A stretch of DNA of 64,000 nucleotides from Takakia lepidozioides (lineage: Eukaryota > Plantae > Bryophyta). The translations under genes and the position numbers were made by a program. The DNA lies in the NCBI GenBank assembly GCA_030704615.1, contig CM060733.1:54560001-54624000 (forward strand), written 5' to 3'. Under the pieces are notes generated by a model. That model made no database searches, was not told the origin of the DNA, and saw nothing but the letters and a program-made list of their open reading frames with translations. Position 1 is the stretch's first letter. Each line of letters starts with the position of its first letter. This document shows, one piece after another, positions 1 to 11,166 of the stretch.

Positions 1-469
1 GGAAGAGTGACCGAAATGAGTCTCTTTTTGCATTCATTTGATACACGCGGAAGCCCTGTTCAATTTTGGACTCAAGGAAGAGGTGAGAGAGAGAGCGGCT
101 GAGCAAGAGAGGCAATGAGGTGGAGATCGAGTAAGCGAGAGAGTGAGGGATTCTTCTGTGGGCTGCAAAGATTGCAAGAAGGTAGAAGTTGCATGCTTGA
201 TTGATTGTTTGCTTGTTTTGATTGTTTTGATTGTTTTGATTGCTTGTTTTGATTTTTGGATTGATTCCAGAGTTAAAGAGGTAGGATGGTCGATAGAAGG
301 ATTGGGAATTGTAGAAGATTTCGGGATATGTATGCTTTCCTTGAGGAACGACTCCAGATTCGAGACATGAGAAATTCTGATTTCATAGGGTTCGTAGATA
401 CAGCTGGCAACTGTTTAGGGTTTGCAGCCTATGGTGTAGGCCTCAGTATAGGTACCATGACACAGTCCA

Positions 470-2050
470 TTCACGCGCGATCGCGCGTGAACTCATTTTA
501 CCATGTACAGGTTTGGATATCAAACTGTGTTTTTCGCTTGATTCGGTTATGCACATTATTTCCATGATCTGCATTACGTGCCTCTCGAAGTAGGGATTCC
601 TAGTGATTTCGTAAGCCGTAAAGAAACCTCGCGCGATCGCCCATGTTTATTTCAGTGATAGTATTGCGGAACATGGTTTAGTTAGGACTTGGAGCGAGGC
701 CAGTAAGCATTTTCATCAAAGGAATGATCTGAACAAAGCACACGCGATCGTGTGTGCTTCATTCAGTAAAAGTCGTCACCTACAAGAGCACTAACCAACA
801 GTAGGTAATACCAAACTGGGTTGAATAAATCATTCATTAGTAGGACAATAAACTTAGTGTTTTCAATTTTAAGGATTATGCAATTATTGAACCTTGCACA
901 ATCGCGCTAATTTGACTCCATAGTTTACTGCATTGGATGAGAAATTGAAGATGTGATGCGAAAGAATGCCCTGAAGAAGCACGCGCGATCGCGCGTGCTT
1001 CATTTGGTTGGTACTTGTATTCTAGCGACCAACAACAACACCATTGATACCCAGATGATTAGATGACACATATGAGGATATGTCTGAGTGCATACTCAAA
1101 ACTCTAAAGTGTTTCGGAAGACATTAGTTCACATTATACAATATCAACTAAAATCTTCCGTCGTACGCAGAATATGATAATTCACGTATGTCGTGACATG
1201 GTCACTCTTATGTATGATGGGTGGAGGTGTTCAGTGTGGACACAATAGTACACAATAGTATCCAAATATCAATCCGAAAGTCCAGGGCAGTTTGAAATAT
1301 TACTTGTCGTCAACATCGCTTAGGTTGTTCATCGATTATGTCGACCAATGTTTCTGATTAGACAATGAAGATGTGATGTCCATAAATGGTTAAAAAGAGC
1401 GCGCGCGATCGCGCGTGTTTCATTCAGTGCAAGTCGTCACCTACAGAAGCCCTATCGAACAGTGGCTAATACCTAACTGTACGTGGTCGAAGAAATCATT
1501 CATTAGTAAGACAATAAACTCAATGTTTTCAATTAAAATGATTATGCAATGATTGATCATTGTGCAATCGCGCGAATTTGACTCCGTAGTAAACTACATT
1601 CGATGAGAAATTGAAGATGTGATGCGAAAGAATGCCCTAAAGAAGCAGTCGTTTCAGTCTTATTCTAAATATAAATAAAAACGACTTTCAGTTGGATAAT
1701 CCTCAATGTTCTCAATGTACTTTAATAGTCCTTCCGGTAGACTTCTCGCAGCGGGATGAAATTAGTTCATCTGTGTGGTGTGTCCTCAACTCAATAACGC
1801 GCGATCACGCGTGGTTCTGATGTTTCTACAGCTCAGAAGAATTTTCTTGGGATAATAGATGTCAGGATACTCTTATATGAGTGAAAGAACAAAGTCATGT
1901 ATATGGACTCTGTTCGCCATGCTTAGCAACATCGTTGTTGCTTATAATCGGATTTAACGTTATTGGAGGGAAAATTGTGGACCAAATACACGCGATCACG
2001 CGTTCTTCGCGTGTCTCTTTCTATACATTCTGTATCTGAGCACGAGTTCT
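470..2050. repeat. Left part of degenerate large element A: dispersed CGCGCGATCGCGCG palindromes and a ~245-bp direct duplication (~735-980 / ~1395-1646)
   Basis: Perfect palindromes at 470-491 (TTCACGCGCGATCGCGCGTGAA) and 976-1001 (26 bp); variants near 630, 740, 1400, 1565, 1797 and 1990. Both duplicated blocks end in GAGAAATTGAAGATGTGATGCGAAAGAATGCCCT. Confidence 0.75.
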
Positions 2051-2959
2051 CACTACAACAGATGAGCGTTTTTATGACTGCACATATGACTATTTTTTCA
2101 GTCCTATATGTGTTCATGACTACATCACTTTATAGTGAAAAAAACCCTGTCATAGCGACTAGTCTTTAGGACTGCGTTTTGCAAGTCATAGCTGTGACTG
2201 CGTGCGTGGCACCTGGAGTCATGCATAAGAGAGTGATGTAGTCACAACACTATGACTTACATATGACTAACTATATGACTACATTGTCTGCTGAGGTTGC
2301 CTACATGGAGAGGCTCCAAAGGAACACGTGCACCACTGCGCAAGCGACACGTCACAACACCTGTTGCACTGCAGATGTGACATGTGGCACTTAGACAGAA
2401 TATATGACTAGCATATATGACTACTTATCTTTACACGTGGTGAAAATATGGATAAAAGAATGTCGTGTCATATAATGCCACGTATTCTAGTTCGAGCAGG
2501 GTTTATGTCACGTGTCATCAAGAATGTTCTTTGAAAATAACTTAATAGTTTATATTTATAATTTAAATTATTTTTTTATTTTATTTTATTTTTTTAAACA
2601 GGGGATAGCAGCTTGGAAATTTTTATTAAATGGTATTATTGTTTAATTTAATAATGTTATATAAAATAAAATAGATTAAATGATTTAAATTCTTCATTAC
2701 ATGGTGAAATTCCGATATAAAAACAGAATGGACCCCTCTTGCATACTAGCAACCACAATTACAGTCAAAATAGACAAGTATAAGGGAATACACGCCCTGT
2801 AAATTATATTACAAAAATCCAAATGAGACGACTGTCCCAATGGATACCTCAAAGGCCACAAGGTCCAAAAATCCATGCCTGAAAAGGTTCTGGTGCTACT
2901 AGAATCAAGGACCCTGTTAAACAGTGCAATACTTCTTGATACGGTCGATTCTGATAAGA

Positions 2960-5215
2960 GAGAAAAATAGGGTGAAATGTGTTGAAGAAGGTGCCTTGAT
3001 TAACAGTGCCTGATTTGATCAATCGTGCCGCTGTTGCTGCGGCTTCCAGTTGACCATCGACTCATGCAGGTTTCTTGTACCTATCCTTCCACAGGGAATC
3101 ATAGGTAATCTGGAGCTTGAAATCCGGCCCTCTTGGATGAATCTGGACCCACACTCTATCCCTGCTCCTTCAGTTATCCATGCCCCTGCACAAATCATGC
3201 ATACATCCTCGCCTTGCTGCTAGCAGCTGAGAATGATAGCTTAGAATTGCTTGAGCAAACACCCCAACCCTACTTATTACACTAGTTCCTATGCTGACTT
3301 ACGTTTGCTTCCAAAAAACATTCACCTTTTGCCTCGATTGTTCCACCATTGATTGAGGTCGGAAACGTATTCATTCCAGAGCTTCTCCTCGAGTCTCTGT
3401 TATCTATTTTTCAATACTTTCCTGTCGACCACATTGGCAGTAACATGTCAAAATCACTCCAAAACCACCATAGATCCACCAACGAGCTAACTTGCAGAAT
3501 TCAACATGAAAATTTAGGGACGACTCTGATAGCAGGGGAAAACAGGGTGAAATACGTTGAAAAATGTACCTTCATTAGCAGCACCTTATTCCATGAATTG
3601 CGCTGCTGCCGCTGCTGTTTCCAGTTGACCATCTACCCACTTGTAGCCGCTGTGCTATTGAAGAACGAGCCCACTTCCCCCATCATTTGCTCATAGGTCT
3701 CCAAAGCCTCCATCCCGCACCCCCTATCCTGTAAGCATCGCACTCCACGACACCACATCTCGTTCAGCCATAGTGTTGAACACTCCCTTGGCATCCTCGA
3801 TGCACCCACATTTGGCATACATGTCCACCAGGGCAGGGGCAGTGTTCAGAATCTAAACCGTGCACAAAGGTTGAGTATTGGAGGTTGGCAAAGTCTGAGT
3901 ATAGGTAGGAACAGTACTGTGGGCTCTGCCAGTCTTCTCGCACAAGAAAACGTCACCAATTTGATGGTACGTACAGGTTCTACCAGAGCACCAATGATCA
4001 CCAGCATATACGTCAGTCATGCTTTGGCTGCGCCGCCATGCTGTCACTTGGTCTGCAACCGATGTATCCACCACCACAAGATCATCATGTACCTGAGAAC
4101 TGAAAAAATCCACAAAACCATCTAGGTCTTTAGCTCTGTTGACCAGCAGAGACAGCCGAGATCAGAAGCATAAATGCCATGATCACAGCCCTAGACAGCA
4201 AAACCAAGGGGACAAAATGCTTTGGAAGGAAAACTTACAGCCTGCACCAGAGGGCCTCATCAGATGCAATGCTTCGTAGGAACCGGCACACACTTGAACA
4301 TGTAGAAAGATCTTGCACAAAGATGCAATCCCAACCAGGTCACACAACCTCCAAAATATGAAAAGTTCATTACTTTTACAGCGGAAAGCTAGACTTTCAG
4401 CACTGCCCTGCATGTCAGCCCAAGACAACAGGGCCTCGGGTTGCAACATGATTGGTGATCAAAATCATGACAGACATTCACCTTTTTGGCGGTTGTCCCA
4501 CCATTGACTGGGGTCAGAAAAGTATTCATTCCACAACTTCTCCTCATCTCTGTTACCTCTTTTTGGATACTTTCATGTTGTCACATTGGCAGTATCATGT
4601 CAAAGTCATTCCAAACTATCCCATGTTCACTCAACCAGCTAACTTGCAAAATTCAACATGAAAATTTAGGGCCGATTCTGATAAGAGGGAAAAACAGGGT
4701 GAAATGTGTTGAAGAAGGTGCCGTCATTAGCAGACCATCTTCTCATTAGCAGTCTTGTAGCTGTTGATCCACAGGGAATCAGAAGTAATCTTGTGTTTGA
4801 AATCCGGCCTTCTTGGATGAATCTGGACCTCTATCCCTGGTCCTTCAGCTATCCCTGCCTGTGTAGAAATCATGAATACTTGATGTAAGCAGCTGACACT
4901 GACGGCGTGAAGTTCTTCCAGCAAACACCCCAACCCTAATTATTACAGTAGTTCCAATTCTAAATTGCATCTGCTTCTCTCTAGTATAGTCCAATAGGCA
5001 TTCACAAAAGTGTTCATTCCAAAGCTTCTCCTCATCTCTGTTACTTATTTTTGGATACTTTCCTGCTGCTACATCGGCAGCAACTTGTCAAAGTCACTCT
5101 AAACCACCACAGATCCGCCCAACAAGCTAACTTACAGGATTCAATATGCATCTCAGGGCCGAGTCTGATGAGAGGGCAAAACAGGCTGAAATAGGTTGAA
5201 GAAGAAGGTGCCCTC
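2960..5215. repeat. Internal two-module repeat inside the CACTA element (A ~3365-3600, 4520-4740, 5010-5215; B ~3085-3300, 4770-4970)
   Basis: Recurring blocks such as TTCATTCC...CTTCTCCTC, AAAACAGG(G/C)TGAAAT..GTTGAA and CCACAGGGAATC...GGATGAATCTGGACC. Confidence 0.7.
3922..4312 (-). pseudogene. Captured exon fragments of a SKIP31-like F-box gene
   Basis: 4312-4239 reads DLSTCSSVCRFLRSIASDEALWCRL (F-box C-terminal half) followed by a GTAAG donor. 4092-3922 reads VHDDLVVVDTSVADQVTAWRRSQ...HWCSGRTCTYHQIGDVFLCEKTGRAH, matching the remembered SKIP31 C-terminal region. The intervening exon sequence is missing. Confidence 0.75.
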
Positions 5216-6649
5216 ACCACATTGTTCTTGACCTTGTGTCATGACCCATGGAGGATTTGACCGACCATCAACCCAAAAAGACCTCTTGTGTGTGTTGCTT
5301 GTGTCTGTAGTCAGGTGATGTCAGATTGGTATGTGAGATCGAACCACCACGGTGCAGCTGAGCAGGCAGAGATTGAAACACGGCCTGCTAAGACCAAGCT
5401 GACTCTCCCAAGAATGGCGAGCTTCTCCTCGTCTCGTCTCTCTCCCAAAAACGGCGAGCTCGCAAGAATATTGGGAGCTTCTCCTCCTCGACGAGATGAC
5501 GAGAGATGTCGGATGATGTCGGAGTTGTCTCGTCTCCTCCTCCTCTTCTCCTTCATTTGCTCAAGAGTGGGTAGGTCTGCAAAGCCTCCATCCCACGCTC
5601 CAGCATCATCACGTTCCATGACACAACATCTCTCGCAGGCGCAGGAGAAAAAAAAAAGCCCAAGTCCCAGGCCTTTGTTCAGGGAACCCTATAAGCAACT
5701 TTTTGATTTTTTTAAACCTTTTGCAAACCCTATAGGCAACTTTTTGAAAAAAAATTAACTTTTTGCACTTTGATTAATTCTAGTGGTCATAGGCTAAAAT
5801 CCTACTACCATCATCATCCCCTTCTATTGTTGCATTTGCCAAAACTCTCAGCCCGGACTTAAGCGAATTTGCTCATGAAGTTTGACATACTTAATCTTAA
5901 ACCGTTAGATCTTAAACAATCTAGACCGTTAGATCTTATACAATCTATAGATTCAAAATAATTTCCATGTACAACCATGACCATTGCGTATCTTAATCTC
6001 ATATATCTTGCGATGCTTGTTAAGCCACGTCCATCCAGGTCCAATTTATTCAAATCCCCACACATATTCAAAGCTGATAGGAATTTGTGGTAAACATGGA
6101 TGGATGAGCTCATCCAATGGATGGATCCATTCATGTATATGCCTTCAAAATGACACGTATAGTAATAGAATCATATAAATGCCTTTAAAATGACACGTGT
6201 AGTGATGTAGTCATATATATAGGGTTATGAAACAACCTGCACTTAGGCAGTCATAAGTTTACATGCCATGTCATGTTGTGGATGAACTCATCCAATGGAT
6301 GAATACATTCGTGTATGTGGCTTCAAAATGACTAGTCATATAATTAGAGCTGTGAAACCATCTTCACTCATGGAGTCATAAGATTCCATGAAACGTCGTC
6401 CACGTGTAGTCAAACATATCACACTAGTCATATAAACCATCCCTGTCATCGTGGTCAACAATGTTTGACCAATGCTCCCTAACTTTCCAGAGTCATGTAG
6501 TGATATCCATTACTACAGAGTGATAAAACTATGATTGCAACGCATTTCAGCAGTCTGTAGTCGTATACCTAATGCAGTTTTTATGACTCCGCCAAAGCCG
6601 TAGTCCTATAAACGCTCATCTCTTGTAGTGTCTTGATGATTCTTCCAAT

Positions 6650-7171
6650 GTGGTGGATTCGTGTTCGATGAGGGAGGAGAAGGAGATGGAACATACCGGA
6701 CACAAGGCAACGCTTTCACCCTCCTCACAAGGTGAATGCGGAGCTGCGGTTATTATGACGGGACCTTCCGAAGGAGTTCATGTTATATCATCTCCAGTTT
6801 CTACAATTCCATCCACAGAGGAGCCTGACACCTACTCCCCTGAATCAGACGATCATGACAATTATTCACCAATAGGATATTTTTGCGACGTTCCTCCCGG
6901 GTCAGCAGCTTTAAGTTCTTTTCTAGAACAATATTGTGGAGGGTCTTCCAAAGATCCTGAAGCTGAAGTATCGGCGGAATCAAATGATTTATGCACTATG
7001 TACCATGCGTATACGCCAGATACCCAAGATTATACACCCGGATCCCCGGAGTATACTCCCGTATAACCAGAGTACATTCCCTCAACCCCAGAGTACACTC
7101 CGGCATCCCCAAAGTATACACCCTCATCGCCAGGGTATACTCCGAGATCCCTAGAATACTCACCAATATGA
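6650..7171 (+). pseudogene. Degenerate ORF ending in RNA Pol II CTD-like heptad repeats
   Basis: 7010-7171 in frame: [52 protein letters not shown]. One internal TAA at 7064-7066. No RPB1 catalytic sequence nearby. Confidence 0.65.
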
Positions 7172-9229
7172 TACTTTAGCCACCTCAGACCCGGGTTGGC
7201 TGCATTGGCCTCATTTTTGGCACAATACACACCTACGTCAACTGTATGTTCCGACAATTCGGAATCATCAGAAAAATATTGATTCTTCATGGGCTCACAT
7301 GAGTGTACTTGAACCAGTTCAGAATCTCCACGTGGTTCCATCGAATACCCACAATAATCAGTAGGATCATGTCAAGTTATTTTACCACTAGTGTGAAACT
7401 AGCTAGGAAATAGCTAGCTTTTACATATTGACATTTGGGATTGGCCCAAGTGTCAATCCAGGGGTCAAGGCAGATTTAGGCCCTGGAGTGGTTATCTTCA
7501 CGGCAAGCGCGGGAGGCTCATCTTTCTCGAGTTGAGCCTCACCGCGCCTAGCTATGGCGCCGTAGTGTGGATTCCCCATGGCGTGGGGTGCACTTGGCTT
7601 GACTTGTATTTGAGTGATGAGGTTATATATGCATGAGTTTATGCTTCAGCTTTGTGAGCTCGCATGAGCTTGTGCTTGTATTCTTCTTCTTTATCACTCG
7701 AGAAAGATCAGCTCGTATCTATGAGTGCTAGATACGAGTTAGTTGTAGCACTTGTGGTTTTTGCTTGAGAATGAGAGAAACCAAGTTGTTATGCAAGGAG
7801 CACCGTGGAGCTCTTGGCTGTTAGAAGCGGAGGCGATGTGGGTTACGAGGTGGTAAACCTTGGCATTCGATCTTCAGCTTCAGAGATGAAAGCACCATAC
7901 TGTAGGTAATTCCAGAGCACCTTGATGGTTTCAGATTGTGTACATGCATGAGCAAGCACGATTGGGAAGAGGACCAGTCAAGAGCAGGTTATAGTGGCTT
8001 TGGTGGCAAAGTTGAGAACTGGACTTGGGAATGCGAGCTGTCATTGTGTGAAGGATTGCAAGACCAAGCGAAAGGGCTGATTTGGCTTGGGGCAAATCAG
8101 TGCACTTTGTGGAGTATGGTGAGATTGGGTTTCAATCTCGAGCTTCAGCATTGAGAGGGCTCTTGTCATGGCGAGAGCAGGGCTGGAACAAGAGCTAAGA
8201 GGTGCGGCAAGGCCATGGAATGTGCACCTAGGGTTTCAGAGCTTGGAAGAAAAGTTTTGGCACCACAAGAGGAGTGTCTTGTGGCTGGAAATGTAAGCCT
8301 TAGGGTTTCAGGAGCTTGGCAAGGGCTGTGGAGTGCTTAGTCTTGTCTTAGAGAGCATCAAGGAGCCAAGGAGCCAAGATAGGGGGCTGATATCTCTTGT
8401 GTGAAGAGGTTGCATGTGTGGAGCATGTATTCAGCTCATTGAAGCTTCCATCTTCAAGCTTGGAGGGCAAGCAAGGAAGAGGGAAGGGCTGACTTCCCTT
8501 ATGTGAGGGCAATGCATGTATGGAGCATGCTATCAGCCTGGTGAAGGCTTGCACTTTCAGGTGTGGGAGTGCAAGAAAGGAAGGAAGAGGCTGGTTTCCC
8601 TGTAGGGCATGTGGAGCATGCTTTCAGCCTGCTGAAGCTTGTATTTTCAGGTTTGTGGGTGCAAGAAATGAAGCAAAGGAGCTGATTCTCTTATGGTGAG
8701 AGTGGGGCATGTGTGGAGCATGCCTTCAGCCCATTGAGGCTCTTGTTTTCAAGCCTTAGTGAGCTAGAACGGAAGGTCTAGGGCTGGTTTCCACTTGGAG
8801 TGAAAGAACAGCACTTGTAGGGCCTATGTGAGTTGGGGTTTCAACTTCTAGCTTGAAGGGAGCGCAACTCTTGAAGCAACAGGTGTAGAGGGCTGGAATA
8901 GTCTCTAAGACAGATGCTATGGCCAAGGAGAGTGCTTGAATGAGTGCTCACAAGGGCTGGGAACCAGCAGGGCTTGGTTGTTTGCCATTGAGTTTAGTGG
9001 CGTGTTTGGGTAGGCTAAGTGAGAAAGAAGGCTTGGTTTGTGGCAACCACCTCATGGCTTAGGGCTACTATGGTGGTGTGTGGGAGCCGAAAGAGCAAGG
9101 ATACCTTGCTGATTTCCTCACAGCCACCATAGCTCGGTGGAAAGAAGCCTAGAGTCCAAGAGACACAAACCCTAGCTTGGCGTGGCTAAACCCCTTGGAG
9201 AAATGGCTAAACTGCCAGAGCGGCCATGT

Positions 9230-10625
9230 GTGGGGCTGTGACAGGCTGTGGCAAGCTGTGACAGGCTGTGATGGGCTGTGACAGGCTGTGCCCTGTGCCC
9301 TGTGGGGCTGTGACGGGCTGTGTCAGGCTGTGACAGGCTGTGCCCAGTGGCCTTTTGGGGCTGTGACGGGCTGTGCCCTGAGGCCTGTGGGGCTGTGACG
9401 GGTTGTGTCAGGCTGTGACAGGCTGTGCCCAGTGGCCTTTTGGGGCTGTGACGGGCTGTGACAGGCTGTGCCCATGGCCTTTGGGGCTGTGATGGGCTGT
9501 GAGGGGCTGTGACAGGCCGTGCCTGAGGCCTTTGAGGCTGTGATGGGCTGTGATGGGCTGTGACAGGTTGTGACAGGCTGTGCCCTGTGCCCTGTGGGGC
9601 TGTGACGGGCTGTGTCAGGCTGTGACAGGCTGTGCCCAGTGGCCTTTGGGGCTGTGACGGGCTGTGCGGGGCTGTGACAGGCTGTGCCCTGAGGCCTGTG
9701 GGGCTGTGACGGGCTGTGACAGGCTGTGCCCATGGCCTTTGGGGCTGTGACAGGCCGTGCCTGAGGCCTTCGGGGCTGTGATGGGCTGTGACAGGCCGTG
9801 CCTGAGGCCTTTGAGGCTGTGACGGGCTGTGAGGGGCTGTGACAGGCCGTGCCCAAGGCCTTTGGGGCTGTGACGGGCTGTGAGGGGCTGTGACAGGCCG
9901 TGCCCATGGCCTTTGGGGCTGTGACGGGCTGTGAGGGGCTGTGACAGGCCGTGCCTGAGGCCTTTGAGGCTGTGACGGGCTGTGAGGGGCTGTGACAGTC
10001 CGTGCCTGAGGCCTTTGAGGCTGTGACGGGCTGTGACGGGCTGTGACAGGCCGTGCCCATGGCCTTTGGGGCTGTGACGGGCTGTGAGGGGCTGTGACAG
10101 GCCGCGCCTGAGGCCTTTGGGGCTGTGACGGGCTGTGAGGGGCTGTGACAGGCCGTGCCTGAGGCCTTTGGGGCTGTGATGGGCTGTGACAGGCCGTGCC
10201 TGAGGCCTTTGAGGCTGTGACGGGCTGTGAGGGGCTGTGACAGGCCGTGCCCATGGCCTTTGGGGCTGTGACGGGCTGTGAGGGGCTGTGACAGGCCGCG
10301 CCTGAGGCCTTTGGGGCTGTGACGGGCTGTGACAGGCCGTGCCTGAGGCCTTTGGGGCTGTGATGGGCTGTGACAGGCCGTGCGTGAGGCCTTTGAGGCT
10401 GTGACGGGCTGTGAGGGGCTGTGACAGGCCGTGCCCATGGCCTTTGGGGCTGTGACGGGCTGTGAGGGGCTGTGACAGGCCGTGCCTGAGGCCTTTGGGG
10501 CTGTGACGGGCTGTGAGGGGCTGTGACAGGCTGTGCCTGAGGCCTTTGAGGCTGTGACGAGCTGTGAGGGGCTGTGACAGGCTGTGCCCAGTGGCCTGTG
10601 GGACTGTGACGGCTGTGACCAGTGA
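9230..10625. repeat. Minisatellite of (G/A)GGCTGTGAC 10-mers in ~40-60-bp higher-order units, in the retrotransposon 5' leader
   Basis: About 1.4 kb of GGCTGTGA units interspersed with GCCTGAGGCCTTTG / GCCCATGGCCTTTG linkers. Confidence 0.95.
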
Positions 10626-11166
10626 GCTGTGTGGGCCTGTGCTGGTCTGTGGTGGCCCGTGTTGACCCGTGGATGGCCTGTGCTGACTCGTGGAGGCACT
10701 GGTGGACTAAGGACTGGCATGTGGTCTGGAAGGCCGAATTTTGAAGCTCGTGGAGGGCGGTTTGAGGAGTATCTTCATGATATTCCCATGGTCATGCAAG
10801 TTCAGGTGTAGGCTATGTTAGGAACTTAGTATTCCAAACCATAAGCCGCAACAGGTTCTCTACCCGGTTACCTTGTGGAGATGGGGTTAGGGACATGTTC
10901 ATGACCGGTTGAGTGTCAACACGGAGGTGCCACTAGTTGCTAGGGACAGTGCCGGTTCGAGCACTAGCGATACTAGTGGGTACACAAGACGAGGTGTGCG
11001 GTTTAGGCCACCTTCACCTCCTGTGTCTTCCACGGAAGGTTCTGATTCGGATTGTGAATCAGGAGGGCTCATACCGGCGGTGCAAGTTGTTTCTTTGCCA
11101 TTATTGTGGGACACAATGGAGGAGATGTATGGAGCTACCAAGGGGCCATGAAGGTACTCTGGGGCG

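Larger units (their letters stand above)
2051..6630. mobile_element. Non-autonomous CACTA (En/Spm) element with captured gene fragments (Pack-CACTA)
   Basis: Left TIR CACTACAACAGATGAGCGTTT at 2051; right TIR AAACGCTCATCTCTTGTAGTG ends at 6630. 3-bp TSD TCT at 2048-2050 and 6631-6633. Subterminal ATATGACT/AGTCATAT repeats; no transposase ORF. Confidence 0.93.

Noticed and set aside
7010-7171. A genuine RPB1 gene
   Set aside because: Only seven non-consensus heptads, an internal stop and no polymerase domains nearby.
9172-10720. 360-aa and 465-aa minus-strand ORFs
   Set aside because: By-products of the stop-free GGCTGTGAC minisatellite; no evidence of real coding.
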